DNA of 64,000 nucleotides from the human T2T-CHM13v2.0 reference genome, Homo sapiens. How positions within the stretch are numbered: the first letter of the stretch is position 1; each line of letters opens with the position of its first letter. Location of the stretch: assembly GCF_009914755.1 (NCBI RefSeq), contig NC_060930.1; one strand, written 5' to 3'. Shown here in pieces: positions 1 to 18,617 of the stretch. The notes beneath the pieces were generated by a model that was not told where the DNA came from, ran no database searches, and saw only the letters and a program-made list of their open reading frames with translations. The translations under genes were made by a program, and so were the position numbers.

Positions 1-1104
1 GCTTTCACATAGAGGAAGGTTACATTTTATATTATATTTTATAATATTATGCAACAGGAGATTTTATTTGATAAATTGGGAGTCCATTTGATTAGTATCT
101 TGTGAGACTGGATTCAATGCGGTTCAAAATTGTTTTTGTTTGGGTAGGTCAAAGTTCCACAATTGTAAAAGTGGTAACTTCCGTTTTCAAAATCTTCTAG
201 GCCACTGCCATTTTATCCATATTTTAGAGAGTGATATTCAGTTAAATACACTGTGAGACATTTGATCAGCACTGGAGCTTGGAAAAAGGCTTGAATCCAA
301 CTTGTGGGTTGGATTCAACCCACTTGAATCCTACTTTCTTTTAGATCTGCAATGAATTAAGACTGTACATCAGACCCAGCAATGGCCCTTGTAAAGCAAC
401 GTCTTTGTTCGGTCTACTCCAGCTGTCCAAAGCCAAGCAATGAATGTTCTTTCAATCAATATCATAGAATGCTGACTCTTCAGGAATCATTAGTTGCTAC
501 AGTTCTAATCATCATCTAATACCAACTTTTTTTGACAGCTTAGCTGGGATAACTGATCCTTAGGAGGGATAGTAAGGGACAAGTTAAGCAGTCATCTTGT
601 AAACTTCTTGGAACTTTATGCATTAAAGCCAAATCATCAGAATGCAGCATACTTAGATCATATCACCATGTCTTGCCCTTCATTTGAATTTCTTTTAAAG
701 GATAAAAATTTAACCTTCTATCCCCAGCTTTCACAAAGATCTGAAATTTAAAAAAAAACCGTTTGTGGAGGTTTGTTGTGGTGATTTTTTGTTAAATAGC
801 TTTTGAGAATGTGTCCACTACACAACTCATAGTCTCCTACATAAATATCCTTAAGAAAAAGCCTTCTTTTCTTTTTTTTTTTTAACTTTTTTTATTTTTT
901 ATTATACTTTAAGTTCTAGGGTACATGTGCACAATGTGCAGGTTTGTTACATATGTATACATGTGCCATGTTGGTGTGCTGCACCCATTAACTCATCATT
1001 TACATTAGGTATATCTCCTAATGCTTTCCCTCCCCCCTTCCCCTACCTCACAACAGGCCCCGGTGTGTGATGTTCCCCATCCTGTGTCCAAGTGTTCTCA
1101 TTGT

Positions 1105-4758
<3,654 letters not shown>

Positions 4759-4821
4759 TATGATATTAGGTGGTTATTTTGCCCATTCGTTGGTGTAGTT
4801 TCTTCCTGGCCTTGATGGTCT

Positions 4822-5832
4822 TTACAATTTGTCATGTTTTTGCTCTGGCTGGTACTGGTTGTTCCTTTCCATGTTTAGTACTTCCTTCAGGAGCTCTTGT
4901 ATGGCAGGCCTGATGGTGACAAAATCTCTCAGCATTTGCTTGTCTGTAAAGGATTTTATTTCTCCTTCACTTATGAAGCTTAGTTTGGCTGGATATGAAA
5001 TTCTGGGTTGAAAATTCTTTTCTTTAAGAATGTTGAATATTGGCCCCACTCTCTTCTGGCTTGTAGAGTTTCTGCCAAGAGATCTGCTGTTAGTCTGATG
5101 GGTTTCCCTTTGTGGGTAACCCGACCTTTCTCTCTGGCTGACCTTAACGTTTTTTCCCTCATTTCAACTTTGGTGAATCTGACAATTATGTGTCTTGGAG
5201 TTGCGCTTCTCGAGGAATATCTTTGTGGCATTCTCTGTATTTCCTGCATTTGAATGTTGGCCTGCCTTGCTAGGTTGGGGAAGTTCTCCTGGATAATATC
5301 CTGCAGAGTGTTTTCCAACTTGGTTCTATTCTACCCATCCCTTTCAGGTACATCAATCAGATGTAGATTTGGTCTTTTCACATAGTCCCATATTTCTTGG
5401 AGGCTTTGTTCATTTCTTTTTACTCTTTTTTCTCTAAACTACTCTTCTCACTTCATTTCATTCATTTGATCATCAATCACTGATACTCTTTCTTCCAGTT
5501 GATGAAATCGGCTACTGAAGCTTGCGCATTCGTCACATAGTTCATGCCATGGTTTTCAGCTCCATCAGGTCATTTAAGGACTTCTCTACATTGGTTATTC
5601 TAGTTAGCCATTTGTCTAATCTTTTTTCAAGGTTTTTAACTTCTTTGTGCTGGGCTCGAACTTCCTCCTTTAGCTCGGATAAGTATGATCATCTGAAGCC
5701 TTCTCTCAAGTCGTCAAAGTCATTCTCTGTCCAGCTTTGTTCCATTGCTGGCAAGGCACTGTGTTCCTTTGGAGTGGGAGAGGTGCTCTGATTTTTAGAA
5801 TTTTCAGCTTTTATGCTCTGTTTTTCCCCCAT
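4822..5832 (-). pseudogene. Disrupted L1 ORF1 (RNA-binding protein)
   Basis: ATG at 5832 (MGEKQ). Fragments ENTLQDIIQENFPNLARQANIQ, HIIVRFTKVEM and ISYPAKLSFISEGEIK. Frameshifted. Confidence 0.93.
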
Positions 5833-6870
5833 CTTTGTGGTTTTTTTCTACCTGTGGTCTTTGATGATGGTGATGTGCAAATGGGGTTTTGCTGTGGATG
5901 TCCATTCTGTTTGTTAGTTTTCCTTCTAACAGTCAGGATCCTCAGCTGCAGGTCTGTTGGAGTTTGTTGGAGGTCCACTCCAGACGCTGTTTGCCCGGGT
6001 ATCAGCAGTGGAGGCTGCAGAACAACGAATATTGCTGAACAGCCAATGCTGCTGCCTGATTGTTCCTCTGGAAGTTTTTTCTCAGAGGGATACTTGGCCG
6101 TGTGAGGTGTCATTCTGTCCCTACTGGGGGGTGCCTCCCAGTTAGGCTACTTGGAGGTCAGGGACCCACTTGAGGAGGCAGTCCATCCATTCTCAGATCT
6201 CAAACTCTGTGCTGGGAGAACCACTACTCTCTTCAAAGCTGTCAGACAGGGACATTTAAGTCTGCAGAGGTTTCTGCTGCCTTTTGTTTGGCTATGCCCT
6301 GCCCCCAGAGGTGGAGTCTACAGAGGCAGGCAGGCCTCCTTGAGCTGCGGTGGGCTCCACCCAGTTCGAGCTTCTGGGCCTCTTTGTTTACCTACTCAAG
6401 CCTCAGCAATGGCAGGCACCCCTCCCCCAGCCATGCTGCCACCTTGCAGATGGATCTCAGACTGCTGTGCTAGCAATGAGTGATGCTCCATGGGCGTGGG
6501 ACCCTCTGAGCCAGGCACGGGATATAATCTCCTGGTGTGATGTTTGCTAAGACCACTGGCAAAGTGCAGTATTAGGGTGGGAGTGACCCAATTTTCCAGG
6601 TGCCATCTGTCACCCTTTCCCTTGGCTAGGAAAGGGAATTCCCTGACCCCTTGCACTTACCAGGTGAGGCGATGCCTCACCCTGCTTTGGCTCACGCTTG
6701 GTGGGCTGCACCCACTGTTCTGCCACCACTATCCAACGAGCCCCAGTGAGATGAAGTACCTCAGCTGGAAATGCAGAAATCACCCATCTTCTGTGACGCT
6801 CATGCTGGGAGCTGTAGACGGGAGCTGTAGACTGGAGCTGTTCCTATTCGGCCATCTTGGAACCACCCTC
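5833..6870 (-). promoter_or_regulatory. L1 5'UTR: sense and antisense promoter region with intact YY1 site and ZNF93-type 129-bp segment
   Basis: YY1 core CAAGATGGCC on the minus strand at 6850-6859; 129-bp segment at about 5962-6090; CpG largely decayed. Confidence 0.8.
6409..6483 (+). pseudogene. Truncated L1 ORF0 (antisense ORF)
   Basis: MAGTPPPAMLPPCRWISDCCASNE* matches the ORF0 N-terminus (MAGAPPPASLPPCSLISDCCASNQR). A CGA>TGA change at 6481 stops it after 24 aa. Confidence 0.8.
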
Positions 6871-7125
6871 AAGACAAAGCCTTCTTGGGAACTAGCTGTT
6901 CATCCATCCTTCAGTGAAACCATGCTGTTATTAAACTTATTTTAATAAATTATTTAGTTTGACTTCCAGGATATTTAAATTTTAGCCAAGTTTTGATATT
7001 TCCTTAGTTAAGTTCTTCATAATTATTTTATTTCTTTTTACCTTTCTCCGTTTTTTGATCTGAGATTTTTGCTTATATGTTACTAGTCCAAATGTTGAAT
7101 TTCATATTTTTTTATGTTGTATATT

Positions 7126-7258
7126 ACTCATTGTTTCAACAAATACTTTTTGAGGTCCTGCTATGTTCCAGGCACAGTGCTATGCCTAGGGGTGGTTAGC
7201 AGTTAGAAAATGGAATAAGATATTCTTTGTGTCTTAAATAGTTAAGGAGTTTACAATC
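7126..7258 (-). mobile_element. L2 3'-end relic
   Basis: CAACAAATACTTTTTGAGGTCCTGCTATGTTCCAGGCACAGTGCTA resembles the L2 terminal consensus. Confidence 0.7.
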
Positions 7259-8694
7259 TTTATTTTTATTATGAAGTGTCTCAAAATGTTTTGGTGGAAT
7301 TTAAATACAAATCTGTGCCCCATCTTTATCTGCTACTGTGATACTTTCAAGTCCCCTGCTCCTGCAAAAATCTCTCCAGTTAGACCTCAAAGTCTGCAGA
7401 GCATGTGTGATTATTGCTTCTGGGTATGTGCTTTCAGGTACTTGTGTCTTCTGCAATATTTTTCCTTTTCTGACTTCCTTTACAAACTGGTCCTTAGAGC
7501 CTCTTGAAGCATCTTTCTGCTGCTATTGTTCCTTCTTCTGTGACTGTTGCTTTCTGTTCCCGATTGCATTCCTCTCTGAACTATCCTGCACCAAGGCCTC
7601 TGAACCAAACTGCTCTGCTAACATGAGTGGCATCTCTTACCCTCTCTTCCCCCCTTCTCACCTCATTCTGTCTAGATAAATCCCAAAATAGTGTCTTGCA
7701 TGCCCAGTGTTGTATAGGGTTTCTAGAACACCACCACCTCTTTGGTTTGTATTTGCATCTCTGGAACTCTGACTTGAATCCTTGCTTCTGGCTATCCAAA
7801 TCCCTCAGAGCTTCTAGTCCTTCCATCCTAGGTTTGTATTTTATGTTGATATATTCACTATATACTATTAACTAAATGTATTGAATGAGGATAAGCTGCT
7901 GGGGGACTTCAGAAATTTCCCTCTGCTGTTGTCAAAAGTCTTTCTATTAGCCTCACCCTCATTGGTCAGCACTTCAAATAGTTTGGATGGTGACATTTTC
8001 TATTACAACTCTGAAACCATAGAGGAAAATTACACTTAATGGTTTAGTGACTCATGGAAAAGAATACCTGATTATCTTTCCAAAGCCCTTATTTATTTAT
8101 TTATTTATTTTTTTTTGTGGATCAAGAAGACAACTACTGATTTTTATTGATGAGCTGGATTTTGCCAACTCTGTTCTGGTAATTATCATGACAGCACAAA
8201 AAAAGGTAGTTAATATTCTCTGTTTCTAATACATGGTCAATAAGACAATTAATTACCTGCAAGCAAGTTGAGAAGACTTGTCATGTTAGCGTTTTAGTAC
8301 AGGGAATTAAGCATTATACCAGGAAAAGGAGAAAAATTCAACTAACATGAGCAGTGAAGAAAATAAACTTGTTTTGTAGAAAGAGAAACATTTCAAATCG
8401 TCTTATATTTTTTTGGTCATCCATTCATAGCTCCTTGGAGACCTGCTAGAGCATTTTGCTGAATTATTCATTAATTTACTGTCAGAGGTGCAACTAGGAT
8501 TGCATTTTGTAGCCAGATCAGAGTACTATGCTAATGATTTGGATAGGAATATGCTGAGAGCTGAATATGTCTTAGACATGTGAGAAATCACCATGAAATG
8601 TGCCTAAGAAATGATTTAGTATAGCATGTAGCAGTTCTTTCTAGGATTCTATAAGTCTGCTTATTTTTGGAAACACCAAAGAGACTATGGTACC

Positions 8695-9241
8695 TTTATT
8701 AGTCAGGATAGTAGGGCCATTTTGAATTTTTGAGATGAGGGACTTTTAAGTAGGGACTAGACTGCAGGTAACTATTGGGGGGCTGGGAAGTGAAGTTTTG
8801 CAAGAGACAGTCAGAGGAGTCACTAACCAGTCTTCCTGGTGTACTAGCATGAGTGGACAAATTAGAATTTGCAGGGAAATCTGCAAAGCAAAGCATGTCT
8901 GGCTGCTGAAATGAGACTGTGAAGGAACAGCTCACAGAATGGTCCATAGGAAGCATCTGCCTCTGTATAATTACTTCCTCCATGCAGCCAAATGTTAGGT
9001 GGCCAGCAGAACCAATGACTGGGAAGACAAGCTGGTTGAGGGGAAAAGAGTTGAGATCTAGCAGACACTTCTGTGTATGCCCATAATAGTGTCTTACCAC
9101 AAAGACTTCTGAAAGTAATAGCTCCATTTCATGTCTGCCTTCCAACCTTGTGCAAATTCCTCTTTGGCAAACTCTAACTCAGAAATATACAAAGAAGGGA
9201 AGACTGGGAAATGCAGTTCCCAGTTTAATCAAGTTGACACA
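8695..9241 (-). mobile_element. Old MaLR (MLT1-family) solo LTR
   Basis: Starts with TATTAGTCAGG and ends with CTGGGAAATGCAGTTCCCAG...AAGTTGACACA, typical of old MLT1 LTRs. Confidence 0.55.
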
Positions 9242-9504
9242 GCAAGATCCAACAAACTCTTTCAGCCATAATGGTGCTCTCATCTTTGTCCAGAGGATGG
9301 AATATAATGGAAAGAGTTCCGTTATTCACTTCTACTACACTTGAAGCTCCAAAAGGAGATGTTCGGGTACACCTGTTTCATAATGGTAACCCCTAACAAA
9401 CAGCTATTATAATGCCTGCCTCAGAGTAGTTGCATAAATACATATTGAATGAAAATAATTGACTCTAATTCAGAAGTCCTGAGTTCAGTTCTGTTTCTGC
9501 CATT

Positions 9505-10037
9505 GTGTCAGGTCTGTTGGCTGTCAGTTTGGTGCTTGACCTCTAAATCTCCTTTGTATTGCATATATGGAAGTTTGAAAGCCATATTTCCTGGAAACCT
9601 TTGACTCAGCCAGTGGGAGAGCTTGTATAAGATCATAAGGTGGGAGGAATAGATAAGCTGTTTCTGTTTTTGTTTATTCCTTCTTCTGGCTTCAACAGCT
9701 ACAGGAGCAATAGCAAGTGACTGTGGGCTCTTGAAGAGAAATAAACTAGTCCAGAAGCTTTAGCAAAATGGCTGGCTCCAGGTTTCCTGTCAGGAGGCAC
9801 TTGGCTCCCATATTTCTGCTTAGTGCTGCAGTGTTCATTGACTCTGGAAAGCACCACTTTTTCTTGTGTTCCTCAAACCCTAGGGATGGGAGTTGTTTCT
9901 GTCATTACTGATTACCTTCTTCTTTCTTCTCCATTAGCCCTTTCAACACTTTAGTAACCAATTCCTTGCATTAAATCACCTTAAATTGAAGTAATGAGTG
10001 TGGTTGCTGTTTCTCTGGCTGGATCCACATTGAAGCA
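9505..10037 (+). mobile_element. ERVL LTR (LTR33-like) inserted in a MIR
   Basis: TG...CA ends; motifs CAGCCAGTGGGAG and GTAACCAATTCCTTGCATTAAATC...GTGGTTGCTGTTTCTCTGGCTGGA; MIR-like sequence on both sides. Confidence 0.6.
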
Positions 10038-10214
10038 ACATTCTACTAGCTTTGGAATCTTCAGCATTTAACTCTCAGTTACCTGGAAAATGATGGTGAT
10101 ACTTTCCATGCCATTGCAAAAGTCCAAAGCAACATTATTGATAAAGGTGCCCTGAATACTATAAACTATTTTGCATGGATAAATTATTATCAGATAACAC
10201 AATTTTTCGGGAGG

Positions 10215-10445
10215 GAGAGTAGTATAGTGTTTGAATGCATGGGCTCTGCCTAGGTTCATATTCACTTTAGCTACTGACTAACTGAGAGTTCGGGTAAATA
10301 GCATACTTCTTCAAGCCTGAGTTTTCTTATGTGTAAAAGGTAATAATAGCACTTATTTCATGAAATAGGGGGTACTAAATGAGATGTCACATGTAAAGTG
10401 ATCAACTTAGTGTCTGACATATTGTAAATGCCTGTCATTATTATT
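10215..10445 (+). mobile_element. MIR
   Basis: Core ...AGCCTGAGTTTTCTTATGTGTAAAAGGTAATAATAGCAC...TAAATGAGATGTCACATGTAAAGTG, followed by an (ATT)n tail. Confidence 0.75.
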
Positions 10446-10740
10446 ATTGTTATTATTCTACGTAATTGGAGTGGGCAGTGACTAGTGTACCTGGGGGAGA
10501 GCTGTAAGATGGATCTAAGGGAGAACTAGCAGAGAATTTGAACAAACGATATAGAATAGGTTAACATAGAACCAATTTACTCTTGTAATCTAACAGACAA
10601 AACAAATGAATCAACTTGTATGGTTTCAAGAAAAAGAAGTGAAAGCCATCTCTTCAAATCGTAAAATGTCAAAACATTGATTTGTGTTAACCTTTAAGAA
10701 CATTTGTAATTTATTCATCATTAAAAATGTAGTGTGCTCA

Positions 10741-12376
<1,636 letters not shown>

Positions 12377-12680
12377 GAATCTGGTGTGTTCATTGTATAT
12401 ACATTTAAAAATACACAAGCATAAAAAGAAAAGAATAAAATATTCTAACTCTAGTACCGGAATATGACTATGTTAATATCTTGTTATAAGTCATCCTGCT
12501 CTAAACACTGTTTAGTGGCAGACACTTACATATATGACAGATGTATTTTCAGCAACATTTGTCTCGATTATTTATGAAATGTTTGGTTCTTTAAAAATGC
12601 ATGCATAATCCAGAAAAATTGTTTAAGTGCCCACTGAGGACACAGCTCTAACCTACTACCCTGTCCTCAGACTTAAGGTC

Positions 12681-14179
12681 ATATATATATATATATATAT
12701 ATATTTTATTATACTTTAAGTTCTAGGGTACATGTGCACAATATGCAGGTTTGTTACATATGTATACATGTGCCATGTTGTTGTGCTGCACCCATTAACT
12801 CATCATTTACATTAGGTATATCTCCTAATGCTATCCCTCCCCCCTCCCCCCACCCCACAACAGGCCCCGGTGTGTGATGTTCCCCACCCTGTATCCAAGT
12901 GATCTCATTGTTCAATTCCACCTATGAGTGAGAACAGGCAGTGTGTGGTTTTCTGTCCTTGTGATAGTTTGCTCAGAATGATGGTTTCCAGCTTCATCCA
13001 TGTTCCTACAAAGGACATGAACTCATCCCTTTTTATGGCTCCATAGTATTCCATGGTGTATATGTGCCACATTTTCTTAATCCAGTCTATCATTGATGGA
13101 CATTTGGGTTGGTTCCAAGTCTTTGCTATTGTGACTAGTGCCACAATAAACATACATGTGCGTGTGCCTTTGTAGCAGCATGATTTATAATCCTTTGGTT
13201 ATATACCCAGTAATGGGATGGCTGGGTCAAATGGTGTTTCTAGTTCTAGATCCTTGAGGAATCGCCACACTGTCTTCCACAATGGTTAAACTAGTTCACA
13301 GTCCTACCAACCGTGTAAAAATGTTCCTATTTCTCCACATCTTCTCCTGCACCTGTTGTTTCCTGACTTTTAAATTATCGCCATTCTAACTGGTGTGAGA
13401 TGGTATCTCATTGTGGTTTTGATTTGCATTTCTCTGATGGCCAGTGATCATGAGCATTTTTTCATGTGTCTGTTGGCTGCATAAATGTCTTCTTTTGAGA
13501 AGTGTCTGTTCATATCCTTCGCCCACTTTTTGATGGGGTTGTTTGATTTTTTTTCTTGTAAATTTGTTTAAATTCTTTGTAGATTCTGGATATTAGCCCT
13601 TTGTCAGATGAGTAGATTGCAAAAATTTTCTCCCATTCTGTAGGTTGCCTGTTCACTGTGATGGTAGCTTCTTTTGCTGTGCAAAAGTTCTTTAGTATAA
13701 TTAGATCCCATTTGTCAATTTTGGCTTTTGTTGCCATTGCTTTTGGTGTTTTAGACATGAAGTTTTTGCCCATGCCTATGTCCTGAATGGTATTGCCCAG
13801 GTTTTCTTAAAGGATTTTTATGGTTTTAGGTCTAACATTTAAGTATTTAATCCATCTTGAATTAATTTTTGTGTAAGGTGTAAGGAAGGGATCCAGTTTC
13901 AGCTTTCTACATATGGCTAGCCAGTTTTCCCAGCACCATTTATTAAATAAGGAATCCTTTCCCCATTTCTTGTTTTTGTCAGGTTTGTCAAAGATCAGAT
14001 GGTTGTAGATGTGTGGTATTATTTCGGAGGGCTCTATTCTGTTCCATTGGTCTACATCTCTTGTTTTGGTACCAGTACCATGCTGTTTTGGTTACTATAG
14101 CCTTGTAGTATAGTTTGAAGTCAGGTAGCGTGATGTCTCCAGTTTTGTTCTTTTGACTTAGGATTGTCTTGGCAATGTG
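12681..14179 (-). mobile_element. 5'-truncated L1PA5-like with (AT)n-converted tail
   Basis: L1 3'UTR and ORF2 C-terminal fragments; (AT)n at 12681-12704; degenerate TSD TTAAGGTCATAT / TTAGGGCCCTAT (9/12). Confidence 0.95.
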
Positions 14180-14271
14180 ATTAGGGCCCTATTTTTAACC
14201 AGTTTTTCAACTAGAATTTTAAAAATTTAGCATCTTTGTTGAAATTTAAACCATTGATGCCACATCTCTTC

Positions 14272-14670
14272 TGAGGCAGGGACGGCTGGCAGGGATGGAT
14301 ACCATCCACTAAAGACTCCTGCTCCTAGTTTTAGCAAGAGGTTGCTGCCCAGGCCAAGACTACATTTCTCAGCCCCTCTTCCATCCAAGGTAGAACCCCT
14401 TGTATGACTGGTTCTTGTTAATGTAAGATAAATGGAAGTGATGTCTGTTGCTTTTGTCCCAACATAATTGAGGAATGAGTTTGCTTTCTCTATCTGTTCT
14501 TTTCTCTCTGGACCCTAAGGGATGGTGGAGTCATAAGATGAAAAAGTGCCTAGATTTCTGAATCATCACATGGAGGACATCTTTTTTAGACATGCGTTAG
14601 ACTTGTAATAGTAATAAATAAATTTCTATTGGGTTAAGCCACTGAAATTAGTATTATCTTAATCACATAT
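14272..14670 (+). mobile_element. MaLR LTR (MLT1H/J-like)
   Basis: AGACTACATTTCTCAGCC...GGAAGTGATG...AATAAATTTCTATTGGGTTAAGCCACTGA. Confidence 0.65.
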
Positions 14671-15567
14671 CCAACCCCACATTCAATGTTTCCTCTTTAT
14701 CTGCCCCTTTCTTCTCAATCTCACTCTTGTATAAGTTCATCTTTGTATTTTCCACAGCCCTTAACACACAGTGTCTTGACCATAGCAGGCACTTAATTAA
14801 TATTCATTAAAATTAGACATGGCTCCTGGCTTGACATGAATTCCTAAAATGAGCATAAAAATAATTTAAGGCAGCATATTTAAGAATGCAATATTCTTAA
14901 GATGTAGTGTAGGCCAAGTAGAAAAACACTTTTATTATAACTAGGGAAAGAATCATATAAAAATAAACTGAAATGGAAGATTTATTCTCTATTTCCAGAG
15001 GCACTTAAAACAGAAGATTGAGAAAGGTTGCATTTTCTTTCCTTTTTTTTTTCTTGTAGTAAGGCAGGTCTTAAAATTGAGATTGCCTTCTTTTTAAATC
15101 ATCTTTCTTACTGATCCCTTTTCTTGCATTTCTCCAAACTTTTTATGCTCTTTTAAATAGTAGAACACCAGAGAGCTCTCTTCAATTAACCCAAATACAT
15201 GCAACAGGCTTCTTTCCAAGTGTTATGTTCCTGTGTTTAATAGGTAAATGACAGTGGTGAATACTTCAAACCCTGGGGAAAGCACTGTCATGCCTGGCCC
15301 ACATGAAAGTGTTGTTAACCTGATGGGCCTGCTGGCATCACTCACATCACTCCAAGCAGGCCTCTTCCTTATGAACATGCAAAGATTTTCATAAAGGATC
15401 CCATCTAACAAAATCATGCTTCGAAAACTCAGCATGAAGCTTCTGTGAGGATCAATCCCAATTTTGAAACTGACCTTGAACAATAGGAGGAACTGTGAGT
15501 TCTATTTTGCTTTCTTTACATAATATGTAATAGCTTTTAGTTCTAATACTTTATATTTAATTCAGTA

Positions 15568-15876
15568 CAATCAGACCTCCGTATCCACAGATTCTGCATC
15601 AGTGGATTCAACCAAACTTGTATTGAGAATATTGAAAGAAAAGGATAGTTACCTCTGTACTGAACATGTACAGATTTGTTATTTCCTAAACAATACATTG
15701 TAACAACTATTAAGGTAGCATTTACACTGTATTAGGTATTATAAGTTATCTAGGGAGGATGTGCATAGGCTGTATGCAAATACTACACCATTTTATATAA
15801 GAGATGAGCATCCATGGATTTTGGTATCCACGTGGGTTCTAGAACCAATCCTCCCATAGATACTGAGGGATGACTG
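15568..15876 (-). mobile_element. MER2 (TcMar-Tigger non-autonomous DNA transposon)
   Basis: TIRs CAATCAGACCTCCGTATCC / AGATACTGAGGGATGACTG, TA on both sides (15566-67, 15877-78), MER2 internal motifs. A 9-bp duplication ATGACTGTA follows the right end. Confidence 0.85.
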
Positions 15877-16464
15877 TAATGACTGTAATCAAGTAAAACG
15901 TTTGTTTTTCCTTCTGAAGAAACTCCAAAGAATTACTGAATTGGACTGATGACATAAAGAGTATTGTTAGAAAACACGAGTACTTCTGTGACTTCATATA
16001 AAGTTTTAATAGGTGATAGTCATCTAAACAGCACTATAAAAATTTAGATCTAGGGTAATACTGAGACTTTTGCTTGCCTAATCAAGTTTTAAAGAATTAA
16101 AAAAGTTTGGAAATTACGATCGCCAAACATGTATTCTGTAAAAACAGTAATTTTCTTTTGTGTATCTTTGCCTATTTAATAGTTTAGCTAAGGTGAAGAA
16201 AACTTTAAGATACTATCACCAGTTGTGCAGCTAAATGCTTAAGCCAGAAAGACAATGGCTGGCTCCTGTGTGTGGAGAACTTTGAGCAATTGTATTGAGC
16301 TAGGAAGACAGTATTTCAAATAATGTGTCTAATAGCTTTATAATAATTGACTTTCTTGAGGCCTGACAGTGTGTGTGTATATTTGTCTTGCAGGGTATGA
16401 ATCATGCCTTCTTCAACCATCTGTCTCTACTGCTTTTTAGCGAACTTAGAAAATAGTAGTGGGT

Positions 16465-16789
<325 letters not shown>

Positions 16790-16839
16790 TCAGAAATTTT
16801 GGGTTTAGTTTCTTGCCTGCTGCTCATCATCTGTGTACA

Positions 16840-17370
16840 TTTTTTCATTTATTCATTCTTTTATTTTTTCTTTCATTTTACCAATGTATACAGAGTTCAT
16901 ATCGTATGTCAGACATTGTATAAAATGCTGGGAATAAAGAGATGAATGAGAAATTGTTATTGGTGCTCACTCAGCATCTCAATGGAGGAATAAGTTTAAT
17001 GCTATGTGATATAAATTTATGGAGTGAGCACAGAAGGAGGCAACCTGTCTTTGGAGAAGGTGAGGAAGGAACAATCAGGGACAGTTTCTTTTAGGAGATG
17101 GGATGCTTAAACTGAGTCTGGAAAAATGTGTAGGAGTCTATCAAGTGGACAAGAGTTAGACTAGAGGAAAGGTGTTTTATGAAGAAACCACCTATGCAAA
17201 GACATGGGGTATGGTACATTGGAAGAAAAGGGTGTGATGTGGTGAAAGGCATGTGTAAAGCCACGACAAGAGTAGTGTCCCTGGGAAAGTTGAGGGAGTT
17301 AGATTGTGAATTGCCTTTATGCCATGCTAAAGGGACTAAACTTTATCCTAAAGATGATAAATGAAACAAT
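16840..17370 (-). mobile_element. L2 relic
   Basis: (CATT)-like tail followed by TATGTCAGACATTGTA..CTGGGAATAAAGAGATGAATGAGA and downstream L2 3'UTR motifs. Confidence 0.7.
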
Positions 17371-18498
17371 TTAAAGTGTCTGTGTGGTTGTACGTAATTT
17401 ATGTTACTTAACCTGGCAAGACTTTTTTAAAAAAATCTGCAAAATATGGAAAGTATGAGTTACCTCTAAAGATAACTGAAAATTTGATCGAATGCTAAGC
17501 TTGAGAGTATCTTTTAATATGTGACTGAAATGTTAACCACTGTTGTTAATGCTAACAGCTCACATTTATTATGCACTTATTTATTTAAGTACTCTATGGG
17601 GATTAAGTAATTTAATTCAATCAACAATCCAATTAACCATGAGAATATAAGTGGGACACTTGCTATGAGTTGTTTCCCTAGTAGCAATGCTGGATTTTGA
17701 CTTTATTCTCATTTAAAAATTCATTTCCCTTGAAGATGGTTCTAGAAGGCCTCTAAACGAATCAGAGTGATGATAAAGGGGGAAAGTCTTTTTTTTTATT
17801 TCCAAAACCACCTACAAGTAGCTGTCAAAATAAATTCTCTGACACTTATATATTTTTGAAATGGTGAGCTGGGCAAAACCCCCCATTTATAGGGTAAAGA
17901 AGATAAAGAAATAAGTGCTGTTAGTGAATTTCTCTCCTGTTTCAAGACAGGACACTCCCACAGTTTATGGCATGTAGCTGGGAGCAGATGTGGCTCCTCT
18001 TAATCACAACTGGGCTGTGAGGAGCCTCTGCCCAAGCTACTGGTCATAGACGGTTGTGAGGATTGGGTCAGTTCACAGGCCATCATCTGAACAGGAAGAA
18101 AATGTCAATCAAATAAGACCAACCTTGTGCCTAGGTTCTATACTGTGATAGTGTTTCCCATCTATCAATCAGAAGCAGATTTCCTCATTGTTTTATCTTC
18201 CCTGCAGTTGATCTATTAGAAGTAGTTGATTATCACATTTATTTCTTGTGGTAGTTCAGAGAAGTGAAGTCTATTATTGACTCGACAGCTTTCTTGTCAG
18301 AAATAAAATGAGAATCTAAGAGCAAAATATTCTATGTCTGAATACTCTATAATATATATATTTTTCTTTTTTCCGCCAAGCTCAATTATAACAATATTCC
18401 TTAGGAAATTCTACAAAAAGCAACAGCATTTTCTAAGTAAGCACTTTTGTTTACGTACTATCTCTATATCAGATATAAGCATTTACTTAAGGTGATGT

Positions 18499-18551
18499 TT
18501 ATGGGAATCAAACTTTTAATCTTATGGGAATCAAACTTATGGGAATCAAAC
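18499..18551. repeat. Three copies of the 15-mer TTATGGGAATCAAAC
   Basis: Exact copies start at 18499, 18522 and 18537. Confidence 0.95.
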
Positions 18552-18617
18552 ATTTAGTCTTAGCTCCAGAAGCACAAACCAAAAACAGTAGCGAAAAGGA
18601 CTTTCAAAACTGGCATC

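Noticed and set aside
7298-7633. Minus-strand ~110-codon frame with one stop and downstream AATAAA (possible retrocopy)
   Set aside because: No recognisable homology, poly(A) or TSD; purine-rich composition can explain the scarcity of stops.
18499-18551. CRISPR-like repeat array
   Set aside because: Only three 15-mers with 8- and 0-nt spacers, in primate DNA with no cas genes.
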